A DNA stretch of 64,000 nt from Bacilli bacterium (GCA_017525035.1 JAFXTH010000023.1:115687-179686), one strand, 5' to 3'. Counted from the first letter of the stretch, positions 1 through 9,055 are shown. A program made the numbers and translations. The notes: generated from the sequence alone by a model not told the origin.

Positions 1-451
1 CTTTTACTGTTAGTTTATCTGCAACAACACCAACAGGATTCTTTGTGAACTTGTCTTCTGCAGTATTAAACATAATTGGTATTATAGATACTAATTCTTC
101 ATTTTCAGGTATTTGGTTTTCAGCAGCATTTTGAAGTACAGAAACTATGTCTTTGCCATTTATTTCTCCGTTTGTATCAATACTTCCTGATACAACTTTA
201 ATATTTCTATTATTTGAAGGTATTGTGACAATAGCTCTATCTATTTTTGTGCCTAGAACCTTTCTTATTTCCTCAACAGCAAGATTTAATGATCTTGTTG
301 CCATTTCATCGTCTACAATAAGTCCTTTCTTGATACCTACTGATTTTACTGATGCTGATGCTAATACTTGAAATTTGTCTTTAATTAGCTCAGCAACAAC
401 TATTTTAATACTATCACTACCAAGATCTATACCTGTATAAATATTTCTCAT
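1..451 (-). CDS. ftsA: Cell division protein FtsA, N-terminal part (starts at 451, runs off the left window edge)
   Basis: Absent from the ORF track because it is open at the window edge. My reverse-complement translation from the ATG (plus-strand cat at 449-451) reads MRNIYTGIDLGSDSIKIVVAELIKDKFQVLASASVKSVGIKKGLIVDDEMATRSLNLAVEE... This is the typical FtsA actin-fold N-terminus. Confidence 0.8.
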   Translation of the reverse strand, partial: MRNIYTGIDLGSDSIKIVVAELIKDKFQVLASASVKSVGIKKGLIVDDEMATRSLNLAVEEIRKVLGTKIDRAIVTIPSNNRNIKVVSGSIDTNGEINGKDIVSVLQNAAENQIPENEELVSIIPIMFNTAEDKFTKNPVGVVADKLTVK

Positions 452-529
452 AAAATGCACCCACTATTCTAATTTTATTATACTAGTATAAAAAAAGAAA
501 AACAAGTTTTATATAGTTTTAAAGATAAA

Positions 530-553
530 AGAAAAAAGAGCAAAGCTCTTTTT
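530..553 (-). terminator. Rho-independent terminator ending the bacteriocin operon
   Basis: Stem aagagc/gctctt (536-541 / 545-550) with loop aaa, followed on the minus strand by a T-run. It overlaps the stop codon of the 55-aa ORF. Confidence 0.5.
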
Positions 554-719
554 AACAAACAACATAATAGTATATATATCTTAAAAATGTACCTAAGTAA
601 GTTCCTGCATTAAATGTAGCTAACATAATGGCACTCGATGAATATACTATTAATGGCAATAATAATACTTCAAGTATTACCTTTCTATTATTTATTACAA
701 TATTTATGATATTGTGCAT
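552..719 (-). CDS. 55-aa hydrophobic peptide, candidate bacteriocin immunity protein
   Basis: Hand-translated: MHNIINIVINNRKVILEVLLLPLIVYSSSAIMLATFNAGTYLGTFLRYIYYYVVC. It has two hydrophobic segments. Its ATG overlaps the end of peptide B (ATGCACAATATCATAA). It is below the ORF-track size cutoff. Confidence 0.4.
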   Translation of the reverse strand: MHNIINIVINNRKVILEVLLLPLIVYSSSAIMLATFNAGTYLGTFLRYIYYYVVC

Positions 720-877
720 AATTTCTTTTCTTTTAATCGTCTTATTGATGATCCGAAGCTTCTACCCAAGCTTCGTATTGCTTTTACCCCTTCTATAAAG
801 GCAGTGATTAAAGAACCAGTTATTGATGATCCACCATCAATGTTTTTTAGTTCTTCTCTTGATAAATACTTATTCAT
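704..877 (-). CDS. Double-glycine-leader bacteriocin precursor B (57 aa)
   Basis: Hand-translated: MNKYLSREELKNIDGG / SSITGSLITAFIEGVKAIRSLGRSFGSSIRRLKEKKLCTIS. The leader is of the LSxxELxxIxGG type and the mature part is cationic and amphipathic. The start overlaps the stop of peptide A. Confidence 0.7.
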   Translation of the reverse strand: MNKYLSREELKNIDGGSSITGSLITAFIEGVKAIRSLGRSFGSSIRRLKEKKLCTIS

Positions 878-1022
878 TACATTTATCAGGATTTACGAAA
901 CCATCAATTACACCAATTAAAAAGATTACTCCTCCTATTATTCCAAGTCCAGCTAAAAAAGATAATCCTCCACCTGTTATTTGTTTTAATTCATTTTTGC
1001 TCGTTTGCTTAATATTATTCAT
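870..1022 (-). CDS. Double-glycine-leader bacteriocin precursor A (50 aa)
   Basis: Hand-translated: MNNIKQTSKNELKQITGG / GLSFLAGLGIIGGVIFLIGVIDGFVNPDKCNE. The leader ends in GG and the mature part is hydrophobic with GxxxG-like motifs. The ATG overlaps the stop of the upstream accessory gene. Confidence 0.75.
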   Translation of the reverse strand: MNNIKQTSKNELKQITGGGLSFLAGLGIIGGVIFLIGVIDGFVNPDKCNE

Positions 1023-1443
1023 CTCCTTTTAATGTTTTTATTAAATATTCAAATATCGTCGTTTTATTAGTTACTATTTCATATTTAACAATTGTATTGT
1101 CTATTAGCTTATTCTCCTTCATATCCTTTATATTTATTATTATTTTCTTATAATAAGTATTCTCATATAAATAATCTTCTACTTTTTCAATTTCGTAAGT
1201 AAATGTGTTCCTTTCTATAATTATTTGATTATTTTCTGTAATATTTTTGAGATTATCTATAGTCGTTAACACTTCTATTTTCTTATTTGATATTTTAGAT
1301 ATTCCAACATAATAGTCTTCAATATTATTATTAAATAATAATATTCCTAATAAAAGAACAATTAAAATAGATACTACTGCTATATATTTCTTTAAATCTA
1401 TTTCTATATTTTTAAAATTCTTTTGAAAACTAACTAAGTCCAT
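1015..1443 (-). CDS. Small single-pass membrane protein, probable bacteriocin export accessory protein
   Basis: ORF track 1015..1533 trimmed to the ATG at 1443 (MDLVSFQKNF...), which is preceded by GGAGG. It overlaps the ABC stop by 14 nt. It has one N-terminal TM segment (AVVSILIVLLLGILLF). The function is inferred from position only. Confidence 0.45.
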   Translation of the reverse strand: MDLVSFQKNFKNIEIDLKKYIAVVSILIVLLLGILLFNNNIEDYYVGISKISNKKIEVLTTIDNLKNITENNQIIIERNTFTYEIEKVEDYLYENTYYKKIIINIKDMKENKLIDNTIVKYEIVTNKTTIFEYLIKTLKGDE

Positions 1444-3502
1444 AATCCTCCAAGTTACAAACTTCGTCGTATAAATCATTATTATCAAATCTATGTGAGA
1501 TAACAATAATTGTTTTTTCATGGAATTTATCAAATATATTTTTTAAGATAATTCTTTCTTTATCAATATTAATTTCGCTAAATGATTCATCTAATATATA
1601 TATGTTACTATTTTTTAAAAATGCTCTTGCCAATATGATTCGCTGCCTTTCTCCTCCGCTTAGATTGGTAGCATTTTCATCTAAAATCATATTGTAACCA
1701 CTACCATTTTTGGCTGCTATTTCATCTAATAACATACACTTTCCTATTTCATATACCTTGTTTTTGTCACGTGTATTTTTCAATATTAAATTTTCATATA
1801 AGGTATCATGAAAAATATATTCATCCTGTGAAACATATGTTACTTGTTCTCTTAAAGACCATAAGTTAATGTCATTTATAGCATTTTCACCTATTAAAAT
1901 CTTACCTCTCTGTATTTCTAAATAACCAGCTATTAATTTTGCAAGAGTGCTTTTCCCGCTTCCTGATGAACCATGTATTAATATTTTCTTTCCTTCTTTA
2001 AATACAATACTTAAATTATTAATAACGTTATTCGTACCATAGCAATATGATAGATGTTTAATGATTAAATCCCCTTTTGTATTCTTCAACGGATTTAAGT
2101 CATAATATATTTTTTCTTCTTTTAAATTTAACAATTCATTGATTCTTTCTATTGTTAATTTTATCTCATTATGCATTAACGTAACATTCAATATATTTCT
2201 TATTGATCCAATATTATAGAAAACAATGCTATTAAAAGTAATTAGACTAGAAAGTGACATTTCATTATTAATAATCAGTTCTCCTCCTATTAACAATATC
2301 AATAAAGAAATAACACTTGTAGCAGTATTTTCTATCAATTTTTTATTATTTATTTTGTTTGTAAAATAATAGTTTAAAGAAATATATTTATTGTATTTTA
2401 TAGAAAATTTTTCTTTAATTTTTTCTAAAATATTTAAGCTTTTAATTGTATTTATTCCATTTATTAATTCAATTATATTCGAGTTAACTTCTGCATTTTC
2501 TTCTTTTAATTTTCTAATATCATAATAGATAATTTTGTTATAAATCAATGTTATTAAAGAAAAGAATATTATTACTACTAATGTAAATAGTAAAAGTTTA
2601 AAATTAATTAATGATAAGGTTATGATTGAAATAAGTGCTATCAAAGAATCTAATAATACTGTTACTAATAAGTTGCATATCGTATCTTTTAAATTATCTA
2701 AATCAGAGATTCTAGATAATACTTCACCAGTAGTTCTATTTTTAAAATATAAATGAGGAAGTGACAAAATATGATTTAATGAATCGTTGATTAATATATA
2801 GTCTAGTTTGTTACTCACAAAGTTTAATAGTTTTTCTTTTAAATAATCGAGAGTATTTTTAATCAAGTGTATGATGAACAAAATGAATATTAGACCATAA
2901 AGGTTATTAAGTGAACTATGGCTTATCGATCTATCTATTACGTATTGAAATTCAAACGAAACTATTATACTGAATAACACAAAAAGAATTGAAAAAGATA
3001 AAATAGTTATCAAAGCACTTCTATTTGAAAAAAGATATTCTTTTATTATATTTTTTATTAAGTTTTTTTCTTTTATTATGGGAATTTTTTTGTTTGGAAT
3101 GAAGTATAAAAAGTTTTTAGTTGATATTGATTTGAACTTGTCAACATCCATTTTTATTATTCCTCTTGCTGGGTCGGCAATTATGACATTATTATTCTTT
3201 TTATCAATCTTGTGAACTACGACAAAATGTTTATTTTTCTTATCAATCACAACATGTGCAATGCAAGGAAGATATTTTTCTTCAATATCTAAAACATCAC
3301 CTTTTACTCCGTATGAAGAAAAGCCTAATTTCTTCCCTGCTTCTATTAAAGATAAGGCATTGACTCCACTACTAGATGTAAAAGTTAAATTTCTTAAATA
3401 TTCCTTAGATACATCTCCATTATGTACTCTAACTATTGTAAGCAAAGAACATATACCACAATCGTTAGGTCCATCCTGCATTACACATTCATATTTTCTC
3501 AT
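1430..3502 (-). CDS. Bacteriocin-processing ABC transporter with N-terminal C39 peptidase domain
   Basis: N-terminus QDGPNDCGICSLLTIV carries the C39 catalytic Cys context. There is a six-TM-like core, Walker A GSSGSGKST, signature LSGGERQR and Walker B IYILDE. Confidence 0.9.
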   Translation of the reverse strand: MRKYECVMQDGPNDCGICSLLTIVRVHNGDVSKEYLRNLTFTSSSGVNALSLIEAGKKLGFSSYGVKGDVLDIEEKYLPCIAHVVIDKKNKHFVVVHKIDKKNNNVIIADPARGIIKMDVDKFKSISTKNFLYFIPNKKIPIIKEKNLIKNIIKEYLFSNRSALITILSFSILFVLFSIIVSFEFQYVIDRSISHSSLNNLYGLIFILFIIHLIKNTLDYLKEKLLNFVSNKLDYILINDSLNHILSLPHLYFKNRTTGEVLSRISDLDNLKDTICNLLVTVLLDSLIALISIITLSLINFKLLLFTLVVIIFFSLITLIYNKIIYYDIRKLKEENAEVNSNIIELINGINTIKSLNILEKIKEKFSIKYNKYISLNYYFTNKINNKKLIENTATSVISLLILLIGGELIINNEMSLSSLITFNSIVFYNIGSIRNILNVTLMHNEIKLTIERINELLNLKEEKIYYDLNPLKNTKGDLIIKHLSYCYGTNNVINNLSIVFKEGKKILIHGSSGSGKSTLAKLIAGYLEIQRGKILIGENAINDINLWSLREQVTYVSQDEYIFHDTLYENLILKNTRDKNKVYEIGKCMLLDEIAAKNGSGYNMILDENATNLSGGERQRIILARAFLKNSNIYILDESFSEINIDKERIILKNIFDKFHEKTIIVISHRFDNNDLYDEVCNLEDYGLS

Positions 3503-3553
3503 TTCTCACCTCCTCTAATATGAATTATTATTCATCGGTGAAAAATTTCCTCA

Positions 3554-3581
3554 CTAAAAAAGAAAGTTTTTTAAACTTTCT
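3554..3581 (-). terminator. Rho-independent terminator after the 131-aa ORF
   Basis: Stem agaaagtt/aactttct (3561-3568 / 3574-3581), followed by a T-run on the minus strand. Confidence 0.45.
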
Positions 3582-3976
3582 TAATTTTCTCTTTTCTTTA
3601 ATAATGCAAGAGGAATCCTGTCTTTAGTTTCTACAGCACCGCATCTAATACATTTTCTATTAAAACATATTTGAACACCTTCATCTATTGTTGCTCTTCT
3701 TATCATTGAAATTGAACTATTATATATAGTTAATACACTTACATGGTTTTTTCTTCCTTTTGAATCTAATAAATAGGAATTATCTACCCAACCTTCGTTT
3801 TCTTTTTCATAAATATGACCTTCCGTTTGGCATATTTTTTCATCATTTTCAATTTGAATATCTAAACTATCAAGTATTATTTTAATATCTCTTAGTGCTT
3901 CCTCCTGTCTTTGCTTTGGATAAGCCTCTATTCTTTCAAGTATTCTTTGTATATCGTTCAACATAGTTTCCCCCAT
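3581..3976 (-). CDS. Hypothetical protein (131 aa)
   Basis: ORF track only; no recognisable motif apart from a C-terminal CxxC (CIRCG). Confidence 0.45.
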   Translation of the reverse strand: MGETMLNDIQRILERIEAYPKQRQEEALRDIKIILDSLDIQIENDEKICQTEGHIYEKENEGWVDNSYLLDSKGRKNHVSVLTIYNSSISMIRRATIDEGVQICFNRKCIRCGAVETKDRIPLALLKKREN

Positions 3977-4004
3977 TGGTTCATTATTCTAACACATAAT
4001 AGTC

Positions 4005-5459
4005 TTATAATGCTATTTTTTCTTTATAAAATTCTCTTATTTTTCTCTTAGCAAGACTTGTGTAAGCTTTTCCTTCCCAATCTTTTCTTGGCCCAAATGA
4101 GAAAGTATCAGTCATTATTACAACTCTATCATCATTCTTTAATAGATGATCAACAGTAACTACTTCATCATTAACTTTTGCTCCAATCATAGTATTTCCA
4201 ATATCAGGTCCAAGCTTATAAGCTAAGTCTATTATTGTAGAACCTTTAGGTAATTCAATCTTGTCACCATTTGTTGTATACACATATACTTTTTCTCCAA
4301 ATAATTCATTCTTTACTTGAACAACAAACTCTTCGTTATCTTTGAACATTGAATCAAGTTCTACTAAAGATGTGAAGAATTGTGATTTGCTTGCTAAATC
4401 TTCTTGCATTACTCTTCTTGCATCACCTTTTAGTAAGTCCCAGTAAGCAGTTAATCCAAAGGATGCTATTTTATCCATATCAAATGTTCTTATTTGTGTT
4501 TGTACAAGTTTATCATTTGGTCCAAAAACAGTTGTATGTAGGCTTGTATACATATTTGTTTTAGGATTACATATATAATCTTTAAATCTACTATTTAATG
4601 GATGATATTCTTTATGAATTACTCCTAGTGCTCTATAGCAATTATCTACTTCATCTACCATTATTTTTAGTGCTAATAAATCGTGTATATCAGATAGTTT
4701 TTGACCTTCATTTAGTCTTTTATAAATACCATAAATATTCTTTGTTCTTACCTTTATTTCATTAGGTATATTTTTAGCATTCAATAGTTCATTAATTCTA
4801 GCTAGCATTGCTTTAAGCATTGCATCGCTTTCATCTTCTATACTCTTCTTTTTCTCTTCTAGCATTTGATATTTGCTTGGTAATAAGTATTTTAATGACA
4901 AATCTTCAAGTTCTGATTTAATTCTATAAGCACCAATATAGTATGCAAGTGGTGCAAAAATTTCTAATGTTTCTAAAGCATTTTCTTGTTGCTTTGTTGC
5001 TGATTTAAATTGTAATGTTCTCATGTTATGAAGTCTATCGGCTAATTTAATAATAATTATACGGACATCTTGTCTTATTCCAGTTATTATCTTTCTTGTA
5101 TTGGCGGCGTTTTGTTCTTGTTTGGAAGAAAAATTCATTTTGGCAAGCTTAGTAACTCCATCTACTAGATTTGCTACATCTTGATTGAAATAATACGCAA
5201 TATCTTCCTTAGTTGTTTTTGTGTCTTCTAAAGTGTCATGTAAAAGTGCAGCACAAATAGTATTTGTATCAGCATGCATTTCAGCTAAAATACAAGCAAC
5301 TGTAGTTGGATGAACTATGTATTCTTCCCCACTTTGCCTAGTTTGTCCTTTATGCATAGTTTCTGCAAATTCATAAGCCTTTTTAATTGTTTCTACTTCT
5401 TCTAAAGATAAATAATAACTAACCATCATAATTAGTTGTTCTAAAGTTGCACTTGTCAT
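4005..5459 (-). CDS. rel: RelA/SpoT-family (p)ppGpp synthetase/hydrolase, short form ending after the TGS domain
   Basis: HD hydrolase motif HPTTVACILAEMHADTNTICAALLHDTLEDT. Synthetase region RTKNIYGIYKRL...HDLLALKIMV. TGS-like region VYVYTTNGDKIELPKGSTIIDLAY. The start is trimmed to the ATG at 5459 (MTSATLEQL), preceded by GGTGGGGTGA; the longer GTG start would overlap a terminator. Confidence 0.85.
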   Translation of the reverse strand: MTSATLEQLIMMVSYYLSLEEVETIKKAYEFAETMHKGQTRQSGEEYIVHPTTVACILAEMHADTNTICAALLHDTLEDTKTTKEDIAYYFNQDVANLVDGVTKLAKMNFSSKQEQNAANTRKIITGIRQDVRIIIIKLADRLHNMRTLQFKSATKQQENALETLEIFAPLAYYIGAYRIKSELEDLSLKYLLPSKYQMLEEKKKSIEDESDAMLKAMLARINELLNAKNIPNEIKVRTKNIYGIYKRLNEGQKLSDIHDLLALKIMVDEVDNCYRALGVIHKEYHPLNSRFKDYICNPKTNMYTSLHTTVFGPNDKLVQTQIRTFDMDKIASFGLTAYWDLLKGDARRVMQEDLASKSQFFTSLVELDSMFKDNEEFVVQVKNELFGEKVYVYTTNGDKIELPKGSTIIDLAYKLGPDIGNTMIGAKVNDEVVTVDHLLKNDDRVVIMTDTFSFGPRKDWEGKAYTSLAKRKIREFYKEKIAL

Positions 5460-5475
5460 ATTATCACCCCACCAA

Positions 5476-5512
5476 CAAAAAAACGCACAGACCTTCACAT
5501 GGCCTGAGCGTT
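5476..5512 (-). terminator. Rho-independent terminator between cysS and rel
   Basis: Minus-strand stem acgctcaggcc / ggtctgtgcgt with one mismatch and one G-U pair, followed by TTTTTTT. Confidence 0.5.
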
Positions 5513-5689
5513 CTTATTCATAACATAGCAACATAAAACTTTTATGCGTGATGACACATTACAGCACAAAATATCTTTTGCAAAGTAATTGAAATTATGT
5601 AACTTTCTTTTAATCACGTAAGTCATAAAAGTCACCTCACATAAATAATTTAAAATCATATTACTACTTTAAACTATTTATGTCAACAC

Positions 5690-7123
5690 CTAATTATTAA
5701 ATTTAATATCCCAATCTATATCTTTAGATCTGTCATTTATGATAATACCTTTTTCTGCTAAAGTGTTTCTAATCTTATCTGCTTCTTCATAATTTTTTTC
5801 ATTTTTGTAGTTAATTCTATCTTCTACCATCTTGTTAATATCATCAATATTTAATCCTGAAGCACTTAGATATTTATTTCTAATGCTGTTAATAACTTTT
5901 TCTGGATTTTGTTGCAATAGACCTAAAACTTCGTAATGGTCTATGATACTTCCAACATAATCAACAGCTGTTTGAATATTGTTTTCTTTTATAGCATTAT
6001 TAATTAAAGTAACATAATTAAATAAGTAAGATAATGCTTGAGAAGTATTAAAATCATTATCCATAGCATTTCTAAAGTTATCTTCAACTTCTTTATATTC
6101 CTTAGATTCTTTATTAGCAACTTTATCTTCTTTAAGTTTATTAACTTGATTAATTAATTTATAAAAAGTATATACTTGTTCTTCTGTTTTAGTAAATAAC
6201 CCATCAACTATATTTAAATCAGATTTATAGTTATTTAAAAGCATAGTCATTTTTATTACATCTGGATTATATTCTTTTAATAAATCTTCAAATAATATTC
6301 CATTACCTAAAGATTTGCTCATCTTTTGTCCATTTATTTTTACTAAACCATTATGCATCCAGAATCTTGAGAATTGTTTTCCTGTTAATGATTCTGATTG
6401 AGCAATTTCATTTTCATGATGTGGAAATCTTAAATCTTTTCCACCGCCATGAATATCAAGTGTTTCTCCAAGATATTTCATACTCATTGTAGAACATTCG
6501 ATATGCCATCCTGGTCTACCTTTTCCCCATGGAGATTCCCAAAAGATTTCGTCATCTCCTGCAGCTTTCCATAAAGCAAAATCTCTATCATCTTCTTTTC
6601 CTGGTTCAATGTCTTTTCTAACACCAGACATTGTTTCATCAATTATTTGATGTGACAATTTACCATATTCTTTGAAAGATGATACTCTAAAGTAAACATT
6701 TCCTTCAGGTGTTGCATAAGCATGCCCTTTTTCTATTAATTTAGAAATAAAATCAATCATGTCATTAATACACTCAGTGGCTCTTGATTGAATTGTTGGT
6801 GGTTCTAATCCCAACTCATCAAATTCTGCATCAGTCTTTTTAATAAAAAACTCTGCATAATCAAGTGGATTCATACCTTTTTTTCTTGCATTGATAATAA
6901 TTTTATCATCAACATCAGTATAGTTTCTTACGTATGTTACATCGTATCCAATTGATCTTAAATACTTTCTAATAGTATCAAAAATAACCGCTTGATATAC
7001 ATGACCAATATGAGCATTATCTGAAACAGTAATACCGCAGGCGTACATCTTAACTTTTCCTTTTTCTAAAGGAACGAATTCTTCTTTTTTTCCGTCTAAT
7101 ACATTGTATATTTTTAATGACAT
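5690..7123 (-). CDS. cysS: Cysteine--tRNA ligase
   Basis: Class I signatures HIGH-type (NAHIGH) and KMSKS (KMSKSLGN). The start is trimmed to the ATG at 7123, 8 nt after AGGAG. Confidence 0.95.
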   Translation of the reverse strand: MSLKIYNVLDGKKEEFVPLEKGKVKMYACGITVSDNAHIGHVYQAVIFDTIRKYLRSIGYDVTYVRNYTDVDDKIIINARKKGMNPLDYAEFFIKKTDAEFDELGLEPPTIQSRATECINDMIDFISKLIEKGHAYATPEGNVYFRVSSFKEYGKLSHQIIDETMSGVRKDIEPGKEDDRDFALWKAAGDDEIFWESPWGKGRPGWHIECSTMSMKYLGETLDIHGGGKDLRFPHHENEIAQSESLTGKQFSRFWMHNGLVKINGQKMSKSLGNGILFEDLLKEYNPDVIKMTMLLNNYKSDLNIVDGLFTKTEEQVYTFYKLINQVNKLKEDKVANKESKEYKEVEDNFRNAMDNDFNTSQALSYLFNYVTLINNAIKENNIQTAVDYVGSIIDHYEVLGLLQQNPEKVINSIRNKYLSASGLNIDDINKMVEDRINYKNEKNYEEADKIRNTLAEKGIIINDRSKDIDWDIKFNN

Positions 7124-7147
7124 TTTGACCACTCCTAACTTGAGATG

Positions 7148-7176
7148 ATTATACTACTATTTTATTATTTATTCAA
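7148..7176 (-). promoter_or_regulatory. Sigma-A type promoter for cysS
   Basis: Minus strand reads TTGAAT - 17 nt - TATAAT, about 25 nt upstream of the cysS start. Confidence 0.5.
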
Positions 7177-7189
7177 CATTATATATTAC

Positions 7190-7219
7190 ATAAAAAAGAG
7201 TTCAAACAATGAACTCTTA
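7190..7219 (-). terminator. Terminator downstream of tRNA-Cys
   Basis: Stem agagttca/tgaactct followed by a T-run on the minus strand. Confidence 0.5.
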
Positions 7220-7227
7220 TTTTTTTA

Positions 7228-7301
7228 TGGAGGGCCTAGTCGGATTTGAACCAACGATCGGGGAGTTGCAGTCCCATGCCTTACCACTTGGCTATAGACC
7301 C
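7228..7301 (-). tRNA. tRNA-Cys (GCA), CCA encoded
   Basis: Sequence GGGTCTATAGCCAAGTGGTAAGGCATGGGACTGCAACTCCCCGATCGTTGGTTCAAATCCGACTAGGCCCTCCA. Acceptor stem is 7 bp, the anticodon loop is CTGCAAC, and the T-loop TTCAAAT is canonical. Confidence 0.9.
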
Positions 7302-7374
7302 ATGTCGATATAGATAATTTTATAATATATTTTATTCTATGTCAATAATTTAAGGCATATGATAGTTCTCTTTT

Positions 7375-7413
7375 TTTATAAAAAAAGTAGAAGTTAAATA
7401 ATTAACTTCTACT
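7375..7413 (-). terminator. Terminator after the 548-aa membrane protein gene
   Basis: Stem gtagaagtta / taacttctac overlapping the TAG stop, followed by a T-run on the minus strand. Confidence 0.5.
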
Positions 7414-9055
7414 CATCAGTTAAGTTTTCTTGTTCTTTTTCAGAATCTTTTATAACAATTGTGTATACCTTACCTCTTATTGTTAAATCTAGGTATATCT
7501 TTTCAGCTTTCTTTAGTTTTTCTCTTACTTCAATAAATACATATTTTCCTGTTGGGAAAGGTGTAACATTAGTTAACTCTACCCTGTTATTATACTCTTT
7601 TCCATTAATAGTAAATCTGATACTTCCATATTTAGATATTATATCATTATTAACATAACCTTTTCCTAAAGTTTCATAGTCATAAGTAATATCATAATCT
7701 ATTCTCATAAGTGTAAGTTCAAACTTAGAATTTGTATTTGCTTTTATTGCCTTTATAAGAGTACTACATCCACCATTTTGACACTTTACTGTGTTGTAAT
7801 AGAATGAATCAGCTATTTTAATATTATTTATTCTTATTTTAGTATCTCCAAGAACACTTCCTTTAAATGAAATGTACTCACCTAAATTTTTAGTATCTAC
7901 TGTTGTCGTTTCTTTATCGAATGTCTTAGGAGATAATCTTACTGTCCTATATTCGTATTCAACTTTTCCATCAACAAATTTTGCATCATATAAATATTTT
8001 AATTTTAAATCAGACTTATAATATTCATTTTTTATTTCGTAGATAAGAACGAAATCTCTTGTTTCACGAGCATTTAATTTTTGACTATAGTAATTAACTC
8101 CAAATTCATTTAATATATTACTCATTTTAAATGTAGGCGTTACGCTTGATACTCCATCATAGCTTACTATTGCATTATCTGTATATATCGTTATTGGGCC
8201 ATTAGATACATTTGTATATCTAAGTTTTAATATTAAATAGAAATTATTACTGCTTAATGCATCTCCAACCGCATTAGCGTTTGTTTTATAACTATCTAAT
8301 ACTTCTATTTTTAATGATCCAGTATCGAAAGCTTGTCCTTCTTTATATATCTTTTCAACTGACATTAACTTTCTAATTCCAAAAAGTACTAATACTAATA
8401 AAAGTATTCCACCAACAAATGTAAACATTGCCTTGTTTTCTTTGAAAGCATAACCAATGTATCTCATTCTCTTTCTTGCTTTTGCTTTAATATCTTCACT
8501 GTCTAGTTGAAAATCTAAAGCAAACTCTTGGTTGTCTTCTTCTTCAATTCCAAGATCTAATAAATCTTTTTTGAAATCGAACTTTTTAATATCAAATCCA
8601 ATAGCACGTACAAAAGTACCCAGTATAATTGGTATTTGCAGTGCACAATATGTATAGAGCACGTCTCGCAAAATTTTTACAATTCTTAAACTTGGAACTT
8701 CAAATTGTATGTTGTATAAAAATCCTGATAGTATGAATATTAGAACTAATCCAACAACATACATAATCATTACGTATATATAAAATAATTTAGGTTTCTT
8801 CTTATATATCATTAAGGCCATTATGACGCCTGCCACAATCAAAACAAATACTAATGCAAACGAGAAAACACCATCAATATATTTAGCTGATATATCATCT
8901 ATGCTAGTAATCTTTTGATTGTTTGATATATATTCATTAAAGAATTCAACAATACTATAAAATTTTAATAATAGAAATATTGCACCAATTAATAAAACAC
9001 CATGAATTATTCTAAAGTGTCTTACTAAAAATGCATATGGCTTCTTTAGTATCAT
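7409..9055 (-). CDS. Polytopic membrane protein with large C-terminal extracytoplasmic domain, function unknown
   Basis: ORF track trimmed to the ATG at 9055 (MILKKPYAF) after AGGGTGA. There are several N-terminal hydrophobic segments, and the C-terminal half is beta-rich. Confidence 0.55.
   Translation of the reverse strand: MILKKPYAFLVRHFRIIHGVLLIGAIFLLLKFYSIVEFFNEYISNNQKITSIDDISAKYIDGVFSFALVFVLIVAGVIMALMIYKKKPKLFYIYVMIMYVVGLVLIFILSGFLYNIQFEVPSLRIVKILRDVLYTYCALQIPIILGTFVRAIGFDIKKFDFKKDLLDLGIEEEDNQEFALDFQLDSEDIKAKARKRMRYIGYAFKENKAMFTFVGGILLLVLVLFGIRKLMSVEKIYKEGQAFDTGSLKIEVLDSYKTNANAVGDALSSNNFYLILKLRYTNVSNGPITIYTDNAIVSYDGVSSVTPTFKMSNILNEFGVNYYSQKLNARETRDFVLIYEIKNEYYKSDLKLKYLYDAKFVDGKVEYEYRTVRLSPKTFDKETTTVDTKNLGEYISFKGSVLGDTKIRINNIKIADSFYYNTVKCQNGGCSTLIKAIKANTNSKFELTLMRIDYDITYDYETLGKGYVNNDIISKYGSIRFTINGKEYNNRVELTNVTPFPTGKYVFIEVREKLKKAEKIYLDLTIRGKVYTIVIKDSEKEQENLTDE

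Noticed and set aside
3503-3553. Inverted repeat atgaat-aata-attcat upstream of the bacteriocin ABC transporter, considered as a regulator operator
   Set aside because: It is only 6 bp per arm in very AT-rich DNA, and no regulator gene is nearby. It is indistinguishable from chance.
7124-7227. Possible T-box riboswitch leader upstream of cysS, given the adjacent tRNA-Cys gene
   Set aside because: Only about 100 nt separate cysS from the tRNA. That space is filled by a terminator for the tRNA and a TTGAAT-17-TATAAT promoter about 25 nt from the start codon. There is no room for a T-box leader of 200 nt or more, and I see no T-box consensus sequence.
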